Of a stretch of DNA of 64,000 nt, positions 48,183 to 59,332 are shown piece after piece (position 1 is the first letter of the stretch; the number at the start of each line of letters is the position of its first letter). A program made the position numbers and the translations under genes. The stretch spans positions 992,001 to 1,056,000 of the forward strand of contig CP120456.1 of NCBI GenBank assembly GCA_034226945.1, in the 5' to 3' direction. The notes under the pieces were generated by a model. The model was given only the letters and a program-made list of their open reading frames with translations. It searched no databases and was not told the origin of the DNA. Origin of the DNA: Picochlorum sp. SENEW3. Taxonomy: Eukaryota.

Positions 48183-48698
48183 CAATAAACGTGTAAAGTA
48201 TAAAAATTATCCAGGTAACAGCAGTGAATTGAGGCTACTGTGGAAGATCTGGTGCCTTGTGATCGACACCAAAAGTTCCTTAATTAGTACCATGGGCGGT
48301 CGACCTGACTTCTCAAAATTTTCACACAAGCCATTTTACACAGGGCCCCATAACTTTTCGAATATCGCACCAAATTTCCCCATTTTTGTTTCAATAGACA
48401 TATTTTCTTACCCTCGTTTCGATGGCGTCGTCGAAATAATAAAATACGCCCCTCAGGAAAATTTGGGATTTAAGGAGGCCACCATCCTTTCTGTAAGTGA
48501 CAACGAAGTGGAGCAAGACATCGTTCTGATCGCGATTCAGTGCCCCCCGGTTATTTTCACTTATCCTTCAAAATTTTCGTGGATTCGGCATTTGAATTTC
48601 TTTTTGATTCGAAAATATTTGGCGGCGGTACAGTAATCGTTTTTAAGATTCGCCATGACTGAACATGTAGAAGAGACGGGGATCGAGCGCCCCAGTTC

Positions 48699-51600
48699 AT
48701 GGTCAGAGACGTCTCTGGGTCGACCCAAGATAGGCAACTCAGGGATCTTTGTATCGTTCCCTGGAATGTTCGTGACTCTAACAACGCTATATTTGAAGTT
48801 CTCGAAACAGATCTGTACTCTGAGCTCATGAGTTGCAGATTGGAAGTGGCAGATATTTTCACCATTTCTATGAAGCCATATTACAGACGGTTGCGGCAGG
48901 CGCACAAGCACCACAAGCCGATTTCAGCATTCACAAACGACAATTTGCACGTTTATCTGAGGTGGTTCTTGAAGGACAAGGCGGGGATCGCTGTGCCCAA
49001 TGGGAACGACTTTGTCTCACTGAGTGAACTGCCAGAGTATGTCTTGTGCTCTCATGGATTTGTGCCACATGAGAAGTATCCATACATTGTTGCGCGCCCA
49101 TCAGCAATAATTCTTCCAAAGGCTGGTATATCAAATGAGGACCGAGTCATCCCGATAGATATTTACGAGCTGAGCGACGGAGTAGGGCCAGAGGCGCTTC
49201 CAAAGCACTGCAAGGATCTCATGATGTTGAGACTGCATCTTATGCAGGTCTCGGAACTCTTGCAGGTAGACTCGGGCGTTCCACCCTGGGGATTGGTCAT
49301 GTTTATATCCAAGGACAAGCTCGAGAATGCCGTGGTTTTCGAAGTGACCCTAGGTGACTCGGAGAGAGAAATGCATGAATACCTGGAGGTTCTGTCGGAG
49401 CACTACTTGGGTGAAGTACTGGACAAAGTCTCCAAGCCATATTTGGGTGCGCGAGAGCATGGTTTGGATATTGATGCTTGTGATGAACATCAATTGTGCA
49501 ACCTGTGCTCTCCGGGCTGCCCAAATGCAACGAAGCTGCGAGATCCATACCAGAATATTTCAGGATATGGTCCAGGAGTGAGTCTTGTGTATCTGAAAAA
49601 TTGTGAGTGGGGGAGGATTGAGCATGTTCGCTATGACGTTGGGATACAAAAAGAAAATGGAAAATTGGTGGTTCGGTATCCCTTGGAAGATGGGTGTAAG
49701 GTCAGAGACGCCTACGACAGAGCACTTGATTTTGAGAATTTGGTGGACCCATCAGGGCAGCTTGAGCCATTGCCTGCTAATAGTACTTTTGTCGATAAAG
49801 GGGGAAATATAACACACCTGCCCTCTCACAGTTATATTGTGAAACAATATGCCGTGAGGTGGAAAGAGAATGGTGTATACAAAAGGAAGAATGTATATTA
49901 CACAGATGCAGAACTGAACAATGCATTGTACCTACCACACTATTCGAGGGCAGTGTATCCTTCTGAGGTGGATCAAGAAGTCCTCACAATAGGTTTCAAT
50001 AAAGACGAAAAACAGAATAAAGCAGGGATACAAAATGGCGTGTGGGGCAAGGTGGTAGCAGTGCAGCAGAAAGAGGGAAAAGTTGTCAAGGTAAAGGTGC
50101 TCCTCGAGAATGAAGGACGCCATGCTCGCTGTACAGGAAAAACTCTCCAAACTGGCTGGTTGAAAGTCGAAAAATTCCTCGTTCTCGACGAGGAAAAGTA
50201 CATGATGCAACATGAGTGCATCCCTGAACAGAGTCAAGACGATTTGTACATATTCGACTTTGCACATGATGTGCCAGAGGATCAGCTGCAAAAGGATCTG
50301 GCAACTCGACTCGCAGAAATAAAGGCATTATTTGAGATTGCGGAATGCTGCCCCCTCAACCACCGCAAAGAGCATCTGAGGAGGCCTGATCAAATACATG
50401 TCGGCCTTGCCAAACAATTCTACAAGGAGCAGAAAGGCATTGTGGCAAGCACCGCTGGGACTTCATTGGACCAGTTCAAGACAGACCTGCTGGAGGAAAG
50501 GTTGCACTATCAGAAGTTGCAAAAACCTTGCATTATTTTGAATTTGGAATGCCATCGGGGCAAGCAACGCAGGGTCCTGACCACAAAGAGGATTTCAAAA
50601 AAAGTCGATTGCGGCTACAAAGTCCGTATTACGTATTACCAAAGCGATCCTGGGCGCATCTATGCTGTGAAATCATGTGGCCACACAAATCACGATCCCA
50701 GAGTTTTCAGTCTTGGAGAAGCTGTTCCCGATAATCTCCATGCAGCATTGGAAACCTTGTTTAAAGAGAGAGATCACTCACCAAAGCAGGCATTCATGCA
50801 TCTTAGCCGATGGGGCAGGGCGCACTTCTCTTTGAACGATGAGGAAATGAGTTGGCTTACTTTGTCAGCCTGTAAGAAGGCAAGAAGACAATTTCTGAGC
50901 AGCGAAAATGCAGCATTGCTTCGAAATGACCGAGAGTCCTGCAGGAAACTGATGGACAACAATGCAGACACGTTCCTGTACCTAGTGGATGAACCTGGGA
51001 ACTGGCAGATGGCCTTCATGACTAAAGAACAACGAGAGGTGCTTCGGGTATGCAGCAAAATGATTTTTATTGACGCATGCCACTCTCTGAACAAAAAAGG
51101 AGACATCACGCTGACCATGATGGTGAGAGATCCATATGGCAATGGATTCCCAGTGGCCTATTGTGTGTGCTCTGGAGGAGAAACGGCTGCCAAGTGGAGG
51201 GAATTCTTGAAGGCTGTCATTGAGGCGTGTGATCTTGACCCAGAAACTATCACATTTATGTTGGACAAGTCTACGGCGTGCATTGCAGCATTGAAATCCC
51301 TGAAATATCGATATGTTCTCTGCATCTTCCATGTCATGCAAGCCTGGGGCCGACACCTCAGGAGTGCTGACAGCCCTGTGAGAGAAGACAGTTGTCGCAA
51401 CGCAGTGCTCAAGTATGTTCGAAAGCTAAGTCTGATGACACTCGATCAGGCATTTGACCGCGAAGAGGCCTCATTCAGGGAGTTTCTCCAGCGCATTGAT
51501 AGCAGTGGCAAACTCCTTGCTTACTACAATCAGGAATGGTCACACATTGACGATACCTGGAGCAGACATGGCAGGCGAGATCTTCGCGACATGAAATCTG

Positions 51601-52967
51601 ATACAAACAACCTTCTCGAGAGGTTTTTCAGGAGCGTGAAGCGCGACTATTTACGTGGAATGAGGGCCAAGAGAAGGGACCTGCTGATTCAAACGCTGAT
51701 AAACAAAGCCACTGACTACCACATCGAAGTTCTGAAATCGAAGCTCGCAAATCGGGATGTTTCCCAAAGAGAACTGCTACAGAGACAATACGATGAGGCT
51801 GTTGCTTACTTTCGAACACACATTCGTCCAGTTGTCCTCCCAGAAACGCCAGGTTCACTTGTCTCTACTTCCTTTGGCGATGACCGAGTTCTGAGAATGC
51901 TGTGCAAAGATGGCTTGGTGCATTACTCTTGCCTGGGAGACTTAAGCTGCACATGCGACGCGAATGACGACGATATTTGCACGCACATCCAGGCACTGAT
52001 GCATGGAGACAATGGAGAATGCCATCTGAACCTGGATCACATCATGGGTGCTGCAGACATTGTCCGAAGAGGACTTCAGCACGAGAATCCTGCGCCAGTC
52101 CAGAAAATGAGAGAAGATAGAACGAGCGACGAGCCCGTGGATGTCTACGAGTGCTGGCCAATCAGCTTTTATGTCACTGGAGAATTTCCAGCAAAAGATT
52201 CAAACAAGAGACGCCTCCCATATTTTGTCAATGCCAGTGACAATATTTGCACATGCCATTGCTACAACCTGCTGTCTATATGTCCACATCTCATAGGGCT
52301 TGGATGTTCAAGCGAAGATGATTTGAGGGAAATCCTGAACCAGATGCAAGGCTCCCTCTCCATCAAGAAAAATAACGAGGTCAATGAGGAATGGATCACG
52401 GCCCTGCAGGCGCAGTTGGAATTGGCACCTCACACACAAGACGACATTGCCTTGCCTAGAAGGGACGACGCATCGCGCACTAGTCAAAGGAGACACGCCA
52501 GTGGCCTCCTTTCTGACGCCATCAAAAGTATGAAAAGAGATTTTGATGCCATGGATGATCACGTGCAAATGCAATGGTTGAACGACTTCATGTTACCTGC
52601 CGTGAATCAAATCAAAGTCTTCAAGGAGAGGCACGCTGCGAGCTCAAACAATAATTCCAGCCACGTCTCAGGATCGCGGGCATTTGATTGCCGGGAAAAT
52701 CGGTTTGTGACTCAGGTCAGGTTCTCTCGCCAGAGCTCCTCTGCCCCCAACTCGGAGAACGCACTCTTCTCTGATGGTCTTGAATATCTAGCTCAGTTTA
52801 CAAGAAACACCGAAGAGGAAGAGTCGGTGGACATTGATGCCACTCCATGCCCACCACCTGCTGGCCAGATTCCTCCCAATCCAGGAACTCAACCTCGGGG
52901 GACACATGTTGAGGCTACCCTCCGTAGTATCAGGGAAAATCTGCGTGACAACACCACTCGTCAATGA
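48699..52967 (+). CDS. 1422-aa MULE transposase with two SWIM fingers and a long N-terminal extension
   Basis: Motifs IFIDACH, GFPVAY, FMLDKS, LCIFHVMQAW, TNNLLERF; SWIM-like CTC..CTH and CTC..CPH. True start may be the ATG at 48655 with a frameshift. Confidence 0.88.
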   Translation: MVRDVSGSTQDRQLRDLCIVPWNVRDSNNAIFEVLETDLYSELMSCRLEVADIFTISMKPYYRRLRQAHKHHKPISAFTNDNLHVYLRWFLKDKAGIAVPNGNDFVSLSELPEYVLCSHGFVPHEKYPYIVARPSAIILPKAGISNEDRVIPIDIYELSDGVGPEALPKHCKDLMMLRLHLMQVSELLQVDSGVPPWGLVMFISKDKLENAVVFEVTLGDSEREMHEYLEVLSEHYLGEVLDKVSKPYLGAREHGLDIDACDEHQLCNLCSPGCPNATKLRDPYQNISGYGPGVSLVYLKNCEWGRIEHVRYDVGIQKENGKLVVRYPLEDGCKVRDAYDRALDFENLVDPSGQLEPLPANSTFVDKGGNITHLPSHSYIVKQYAVRWKENGVYKRKNVYYTDAELNNALYLPHYSRAVYPSEVDQEVLTIGFNKDEKQNKAGIQNGVWGKVVAVQQKEGKVVKVKVLLENEGRHARCTGKTLQTGWLKVEKFLVLDEEKYMMQHECIPEQSQDDLYIFDFAHDVPEDQLQKDLATRLAEIKALFEIAECCPLNHRKEHLRRPDQIHVGLAKQFYKEQKGIVASTAGTSLDQFKTDLLEERLHYQKLQKPCIILNLECHRGKQRRVLTTKRISKKVDCGYKVRITYYQSDPGRIYAVKSCGHTNHDPRVFSLGEAVPDNLHAALETLFKERDHSPKQAFMHLSRWGRAHFSLNDEEMSWLTLSACKKARRQFLSSENAALLRNDRESCRKLMDNNADTFLYLVDEPGNWQMAFMTKEQREVLRVCSKMIFIDACHSLNKKGDITLTMMVRDPYGNGFPVAYCVCSGGETAAKWREFLKAVIEACDLDPETITFMLDKSTACIAALKSLKYRYVLCIFHVMQAWGRHLRSADSPVREDSCRNAVLKYVRKLSLMTLDQAFDREEASFREFLQRIDSSGKLLAYYNQEWSHIDDTWSRHGRRDLRDMKSDTNNLLERFFRSVKRDYLRGMRAKRRDLLIQTLINKATDYHIEVLKSKLANRDVSQRELLQRQYDEAVAYFRTHIRPVVLPETPGSLVSTSFGDDRVLRMLCKDGLVHYSCLGDLSCTCDANDDDICTHIQALMHGDNGECHLNLDHIMGAADIVRRGLQHENPAPVQKMREDRTSDEPVDVYECWPISFYVTGEFPAKDSNKRRLPYFVNASDNICTCHCYNLLSICPHLIGLGCSSEDDLREILNQMQGSLSIKKNNEVNEEWITALQAQLELAPHTQDDIALPRRDDASRTSQRRHASGLLSDAIKSMKRDFDAMDDHVQMQWLNDFMLPAVNQIKVFKERHAASSNNNSSHVSGSRAFDCRENRFVTQVRFSRQSSSAPNSENALFSDGLEYLAQFTRNTEEEESVDIDATPCPPPAGQIPPNPGTQPRGTHVEATLRSIRENLRDNTTRQ

Positions 52968-53318
52968 TGTGAAACGTGTAAAACATGCCTGTTGGTATTC
53001 AGGACCTGGTGGTCCTCAGACTCGCTGGCTTGGTCCAAGAAATTCGACTCGTTCGTTCGCATCAGGGGCTCTAAAAATATAATGAATCACTGCTATGTAA
53101 CACAATCACGCACTGTTCCCGATAATCTTGCAGAGAATGGGTGGGAACCCTGTTTCGCGATCAACAACACCATCGCGCTGTCGACGCGATGCGCTGGGCT
53201 ACTCAGCCCACGGGTGGATATAAACATTATTTGATGATCTATTGTTTGTTACAATTGATACTACGTCAAGGATAGCAGGTTTTGTTGGCCAAGTAGCGTC
53301 GAGGGATTGTTGACGGTT

Positions 53319-53429
53319 ACTATCCGGGAATCCCTCATTTGGGGGGCTCAAAATGGCCGATTTTGGAGGGTCCAAATCCGGGCCTGCGAGATCTATCTGG
53401 GAGGCCCGGATGGTCTGTCACCTACGCTC
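53319..53429. repeat. Spacer module, inverted copy of 39803-39952; its distal 28 bp also occur at 6235-6262
   Basis: Direct comparison; 53402-53429 matches 6235-6262 at 27/28. Confidence 0.88.
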
Positions 53430-53450
53430 CCCGATCGTAGATGATCAATG

Positions 53451-53694
53451 CACTCACAGAAAATGTGGTGGCCTCCTTAAATCCCAAATTTTCCTGAGGG
53501 GCGTATTTTATTATTTCGACGCGTTCACCGGTAAGATGGTAAGAAAATATGTCTATTGAAACAAAAATGGGGAGATTTGGTGCGATATTCGAAAAGTTAT
53601 GGGCCTCTGAGTAAATTGGGTTGTGTGAAAATTTTGAGAAGCCTGGACGTCGACCTGTGATACTTATTAAGGAAATTCCGGAGGCCACCACAAG
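53451..53694 (-). repeat. Orphan inverted 3' end of the CACTA-like family (CACTCACAGAAAA...)
   Basis: Reverse complement of 5986-6234 and of 48256-48499. Confidence 0.9.
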
Positions 53695-54441
53695 TGTGGC
53701 AGCGTACATTGCCAGTCGTGGCCTGGATTTCCTTCACAGGTTACACAACGTACTGCCAAGACACTCTCGTGTCGTTGCCAAACAACACAGAGCGTTCAAC
53801 CTCCTTGACACGCAGTGAGGTTCGATAGAAGAGGATGGAGTAGAATACCAACCAATGTACAGAGGGTTCTCTCTTCCTTCACAAGATAGTTACGGGCCTA
53901 TAGGGGGGAACAACTTCAGGTAGGGATTTTGCAGGATAAATCGAAGATTCCCGAAATTGACGTTTACGTCCCATCCAGCGATACTATAGACCGACTCAAA
54001 CAATCATTTTCAAAAAAAATTGGGAGATTTCTCCATCACGATGAGCAACAAGTATTGATGATATGAGTGCCTTCTCGACATTTGCGACATTCATTATTTC
54101 ATGTAATCAGTTATTCGACATTTCCAGGGTGGTTAGACCCTCCCTAGGTACCAGCATCACCTCTTTCGTCACCCTAACCGTCGACCGGATTCGACGTCAC
54201 CGCTTTTGTGACGCCTTTGCTTTGTAAGTGCGCATATATTGTTCAAATCGATTGATTATATTATTATATATACTTTTGATGTCCAGGAGGTATCTGTGGA
54301 GTTGTTTCTAGTGGTTATCTGCCGCGCGTGGTTGCGCGATGTTAGTTGGCCGCAGATCCTTACATTGTAGCCTGTGTTTGGGACGATAGCCAACAAAAAG
54401 ACTTTTGGTGTTGAATTGAGACATTTTAGCACCCCGCAAGT

Positions 54442-56715
54442 ATGGGTACGCACAGCTGTGTCGATTCCGATGGATTGGTGGAGCCCATTGCTCCAGGGCA
54501 GCTAGAAAACCTCATGAAAGGCAAAATAATTCGGAGAACTGTGCTGAAATGCGAGAGATCTAAATGTACACGCCCTTCAAAGCGTAAGAAAAGAAGCAGA
54601 AACGTGTCAAAGAAAGACATTTCGTGTCCCCACAGGGTTGAACTGCTAGTTTTCCAAGACCACCCAGGGGAGGTGTATGCAATCGAGACAGCGCCTCATA
54701 GCGGGCACGGGAGGGAGGAGCCACGGTACCAACCCTTGACTGAAAATTTGAAGCAGTATATTCAAGAGCAAGCCTTGTTGAATATTGGGCCCAAGACAAT
54801 CATTTCAAATGTTCTAAAGCTGGCTTCGGAGAGCAAGTACCGCAGGTTTTCATTCGATGAAACAAGGATATTGACGACAAACAAGGTCGATAACTTCATT
54901 CGACGTGTGAGAAACTCCCGGATGGTTCACTCGGATGACGCAGTTGCCCTTGATTTGATGGCGATGGACCCAAAGAATATTATTGTTCATTACGACAGGC
55001 AAGCTGATCAGATAGTGCTGGTCCTTTGCTCCGATTTCCAGGCTGCCATGCTCGACAAATTTGGTGATGCAGTCTTTCTTGACACTGTACATGGCCAAAC
55101 AAATAAAGGATTGTATCAGTTGACCATGCTCGTGGTGTCCGAGACGGGGAAAGGGGTCCCAGTTGCATACTGCCTTTCAAACTTTGAAAAGGCAGAACAT
55201 TGGTCCTTGTTGGTCGAAAAAGCTTTCAATAAAACAAAAAGAAAGCCGAAAGACTCAATATTTATGTCGGATGATTGTGTGAAAATAAAAAAATGCATCG
55301 GAGACATGAAAGGGAAGCATTTATTGTGCTGGTTCCACATGATGCAAGCCATTGACCGGCGCTTGAGCTCCTATGGAGGTGCTACCAAGAGGAAAAGAGA
55401 CCAAGACATTGTAAAGGCTGCTAGGAGTGCGATCAAGTATAAAATAAGAGACTTGCAAAGAGCTCCTGATTTCGAGATGTACAAGAAGAAAGTACAGGAA
55501 TTCTACCAATGGCTGCTGAATGACGAACGGATACATCAGGCAATGGGTCGTCGGCACACTAAATTGCCGTTTGGTGACTACTTTACCGCGAAAGAAGACT
55601 TCAAAGTATATTTTGAGAGTACTTGGGATGGAGTAGGTAGTAAAAGGGCGCCGATGTGGGCCAGATTTGGCAGGATTCATGCGAATGAAGATCCCATTTG
55701 CTGGCATGCCCATGACACAAACAACATGATTGAGAGCTATTTCTGCCAACAGAAGCACTTTCTTTCAAAAAGTGTGCGGACTCAAAGAGTCTCTAGCCAT
55801 GTCCAGTTCCTCAACAACACTGTCATTCCCTGGTATATTCACGACCGACAACAAATGGTTGATGGAATAATCATGTCTCGTCAACAAAAGGAGACGCATA
55901 CGATGGACTGGACAATTAACTGGCTGCGGCAATCACGGGACCGAATGAGTATCATAGACCCTGGTATTGGTTTAGGAAGGGCAATCGATCCCTGTGATCG
56001 CGAAGAGAGATATATATTTTGCTTGGCTGATATGTCATGTACATGTCCGGGCCCACATGCAATGCCATGCATACATCTTGAAGCGGCGTCGGCGTCGATG
56101 GGAGTGACAGTTTCCATGTTAAAGCATGCCGCAAAAATGATCAAAGAAGATGATCTTATCAGCCGCACAGGTAAAGTAGTCGAAGGGCTGCACAAATGCA
56201 AGAAAATCTCGAGTTTTTTATGTGCACAGAAGGTGCAAGCATGGTTCAAACAGGACAAGAGCGAGGACCGATTTTTCTGCGAGTGCTTTTTGTTCAGAAA
56301 CGTCGGAGTGTGCTCACACCTGATCGCAGTCGAAGATTATATTGAAATTGAGGGACTGGAAGGCGATGAGGAACTCCTGAAACCTGGGGTGGTGAAGGCA
56401 TTCCGGCCATCGTGTCTGATGGACGTTGAGAATGATCCTTCCAAACGCTTTGATACCGAGTTGCACCCACACATTACAGACCAGTCGTTTTCTTCAAATG
56501 CTACTTTCTATGAAGACTATATAAGGGAGGTCAGACGATTGCTATCAAATGCAGATTCAGATGCTGATTTGGCATACGTTAAGATGGGTTTTGACACCTT
56601 GATCAACTTCTTAGCTCAGCGGTTTGCCCCAGACATTCCATCAGGGTGGGATAAAATAGATCCATGTCATCGAAGGCAACCTACTGATAGAAAGCACAAA
56701 CCATTGTTCAAATAG
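54442..56715 (+). CDS. MULE transposase with SWIM fingers
   Basis: Motifs VFLDTVHG, GVPVAY, FMSDD, LCWFHMMQA, TNNMIESY; CTC..CIH and CEC..CSH. Confidence 0.9.
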   Translation: MGTHSCVDSDGLVEPIAPGQLENLMKGKIIRRTVLKCERSKCTRPSKRKKRSRNVSKKDISCPHRVELLVFQDHPGEVYAIETAPHSGHGREEPRYQPLTENLKQYIQEQALLNIGPKTIISNVLKLASESKYRRFSFDETRILTTNKVDNFIRRVRNSRMVHSDDAVALDLMAMDPKNIIVHYDRQADQIVLVLCSDFQAAMLDKFGDAVFLDTVHGQTNKGLYQLTMLVVSETGKGVPVAYCLSNFEKAEHWSLLVEKAFNKTKRKPKDSIFMSDDCVKIKKCIGDMKGKHLLCWFHMMQAIDRRLSSYGGATKRKRDQDIVKAARSAIKYKIRDLQRAPDFEMYKKKVQEFYQWLLNDERIHQAMGRRHTKLPFGDYFTAKEDFKVYFESTWDGVGSKRAPMWARFGRIHANEDPICWHAHDTNNMIESYFCQQKHFLSKSVRTQRVSSHVQFLNNTVIPWYIHDRQQMVDGIIMSRQQKETHTMDWTINWLRQSRDRMSIIDPGIGLGRAIDPCDREERYIFCLADMSCTCPGPHAMPCIHLEAASASMGVTVSMLKHAAKMIKEDDLISRTGKVVEGLHKCKKISSFLCAQKVQAWFKQDKSEDRFFCECFLFRNVGVCSHLIAVEDYIEIEGLEGDEELLKPGVVKAFRPSCLMDVENDPSKRFDTELHPHITDQSFSSNATFYEDYIREVRRLLSNADSDADLAYVKMGFDTLINFLAQRFAPDIPSGWDKIDPCHRRQPTDRKHKPLFK

Positions 56716-59093
56716 TGTGAATAGACTCTGATGACCCGCTAACAGCAGTTTTGAAATTCTCATGTTCTCGGAGGGCTTCAGATGACTCTTCCAGCCCCGT
56801 CGCCAACATAAGCAGCGCATTTCGTAGACTTTGAATGTTTTGGGGCGATACTGATACTCGGCTGATAGTCTCCTCAGCCCAAGACAGCGTCAGTGCAGCA
56901 GGTGGGCTCGTTCCAAATTCGGTTGCCAGACCTTCCATGAAGAATACTGTGAAGGGCCCACAACTATGGCTATCTTGCTGCTGCTGGGCTTTCTCACTCT
57001 GATGTATTTTTATTCTCTCATCATGTCCACTCAGTGTCTGGACGAGACTTTTGATGAATCCTCCTGTGTCAGATGTCAGCGTGTCCTTGCCCATACCTTG
57101 GGAATCCACATGCAAGACGAATAGATCTGCTGGTGCAAATGGATTCCCTACAACAGCAAGACTCCAATGAATATTACTAGTATTTAAAGGAACCAAAAGC
57201 ATTCTTGGCTTTGATTCGTATAGGCCCTCCCGCCGGGCATAGAAGCTCCAGAGTTTCATTTGTTGCTCAGCAGATTTCCCTAGCATAGCCGCTGTACTGA
57301 AACTTGGAACAGCATGTACCCCACTTGTTCTCTCTGGATATCTGAAGTTCAAATAAGAGACAAATATATCCACTGCATCATTGCCGAACCACCTTTGCAT
57401 ATCTTGGTAGTTTATGATGAACGTGTCCCTCACATCTTTACCAGTGAATTTGAATGCTTTGTCGCTCGACATGAACTGCATCTGCAGTCTCTTGTCATGG
57501 ACAAAATTGCACATCCGTCCATGCGAGTCGCCGATTTCTATCCCCTCTTCTTCTTCGCTTTCTCTACCAGAATCGCTAGACGCCGTAATATAGACAGAAC
57601 TATCTGTAGCAAGTTCCAGTACATGAGGTGCATCCCTGGCTTTCTTCTCATATGTCCTCATATCCACTATATAATGAGAACGAAACCGTTTTCCGAGGGT
57701 TTTCTTTAACCATGCATGCTCATCTACTTTTGGTGGAACTCTGAGCCTCAGGGCATACAGCGAACCGTATCCTGCGTGCTCCTTCTGTGTCTCTTGCTGG
57801 CTCGCTTTTTCCACGACATGCAAGAATTGCCGATGGACCCTAAATGTAGCCCCAGAAGCGTCCTCCACCCTGACCCGGTTGTCATCAGCAGGGCTACAAT
57901 CCACAACTTTAACTATCTTACCGTAACGATCCGCCACAGTCCCTCCAGAAATGGCCACCAGGTCACCATCATGGGTTGGGGGGACTATCTTCAGAATTGG
58001 AACCAGACGCAAATTAGCCTTCTTACAGGGATAATTTCGACCATTTCCGTCGGTCCCATTCCAATCAACGTATATATTGTCATTTTCCATTTTAATCACC
58101 TTCCCAAAGCATCCGGGAAACGGACGATGACCCTTGACATCAAACACAACAGAACCTATTTTGAATTTCTTTTTTGGCTGTTGCCATGTTTTTAGCTCTC
58201 CAAACCCTCGCAAAGTCGATGACCGTCTCAAACAGTTATAGACCTCGTCAGTATATGTACAGGCAGCAAGATGTATTCCTCTTTTCATTGCAGGGTCATA
58301 GTCAAACTCCTCTTCATAATGGATAGCGCCTGACGAGTCTGCCAGATACAGTAAAGCTACAGGATGGGGAAAGAGATCTGCTAGACATTCTTTCATAATG
58401 TGCATCAAACATTGCATCTGCAGTGACGGTATCCAACAATATGAGGACATTTCAGCGACAAGAATCACATCGAGAGGCACTAACCTTTCTCTTCACTGCT
58501 GCCAGTGCTTTTGATTCAGGTGTCTTAACTGGTAAGCCTGGAGCGACAATTTTCGAATTGATCCATTCAGGTCCATCAAGAATCTCACAATGGATCAATA
58601 TGGATTTTCCTTGTACCATAATCGGAGGCACATCCGGTGTGGCCGTTATCCATGGATAATTCGACAGGGAAAATACCCCAGATGTTTGTCCATCACTCCT
58701 GCAAAAGCTATCCAAAAGCTGCTCCCGAACAGTTGGAGAGTCCGTAAAATACGTACAACGACTCCTCAAAGCATCTTCATACACTTTCGAGAGAATCGCA
58801 AGGGCGTCTTCTCCGGGAATGGGGCATTCCCCCTTGTTTTTCATCCTTTGAACTGCTGAACGACCTAGACACCGCTGCGTGGTCGCAACTTGTCGATCCG
58901 GGAAGTATGCGAGTAAATCGTCCACTGATATTGCCTTTTGATGTATTTGTTGCCATAAATAGCTGTATTTATCGACATCAAGACATGTTTCGGGTGATTT
59001 ATTCCGCAACAAACGTTTGATCAGTTTGTCGTCGAAGTGCGCGGCAAAGTTCGACCAAGGGTCGTCCATAGAGCTCTCAACGAGTGTATCCAT
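56708..59093 (-). CDS. YqaJ-like nuclease remnant + KOW/SH3-like segments + Ulp1 (C48) protease, one frameshift near 58485
   Basis: Ulp1 motifs WFGND, VPLNTSNIHWSL, VDS, QQQDSHSCG. N-terminal GVFSLSNYPWITATPD and LQMQCLM resemble YqaJ motifs. Confidence 0.78.
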
Positions 59094-59332
59094 ATCTAGA
59101 CATACCCAGACAATGATGACGTATTACATGTAGACCGTAGACAAACTGTTTGCGAACCAACCAGTTGCACCATGGAGGGTGGTTTTAGCCAATCTGGCCA
59201 AAAAAAAAAATCTGATGTCAATGTTTACTATGCAAGACATCGCTGGACCGGTCACAAAGATCGGTTTCGGCTATCTTCGACTTATCCTGCAAAATCCCTA
59301 CCTGTCATGGTTCTATGTGGGTACTTCTACGT

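Larger units (their letters stand above)
42427..48499 (+). mobile_element. CACTA/EnSpm-like element with CACTT termini, 6073 bp
   Basis: Perfect 18-bp TIRs CACTTACAGAAAGGATGG at 42427-42444 and 48482-48499 enclose a transposase and a divergent gene. No TSD. Confidence 0.85.

Noticed and set aside
48251..53694. ~245-bp inverted repeats flanking the 1422-aa MULE, read as Mutator TIRs
   Set aside because: Their inner ends are CACTY termini, and the one at 48499 pairs with the TIR at 42427. They are CACTA-family ends facing outward, and there is no 8-10 bp TSD.
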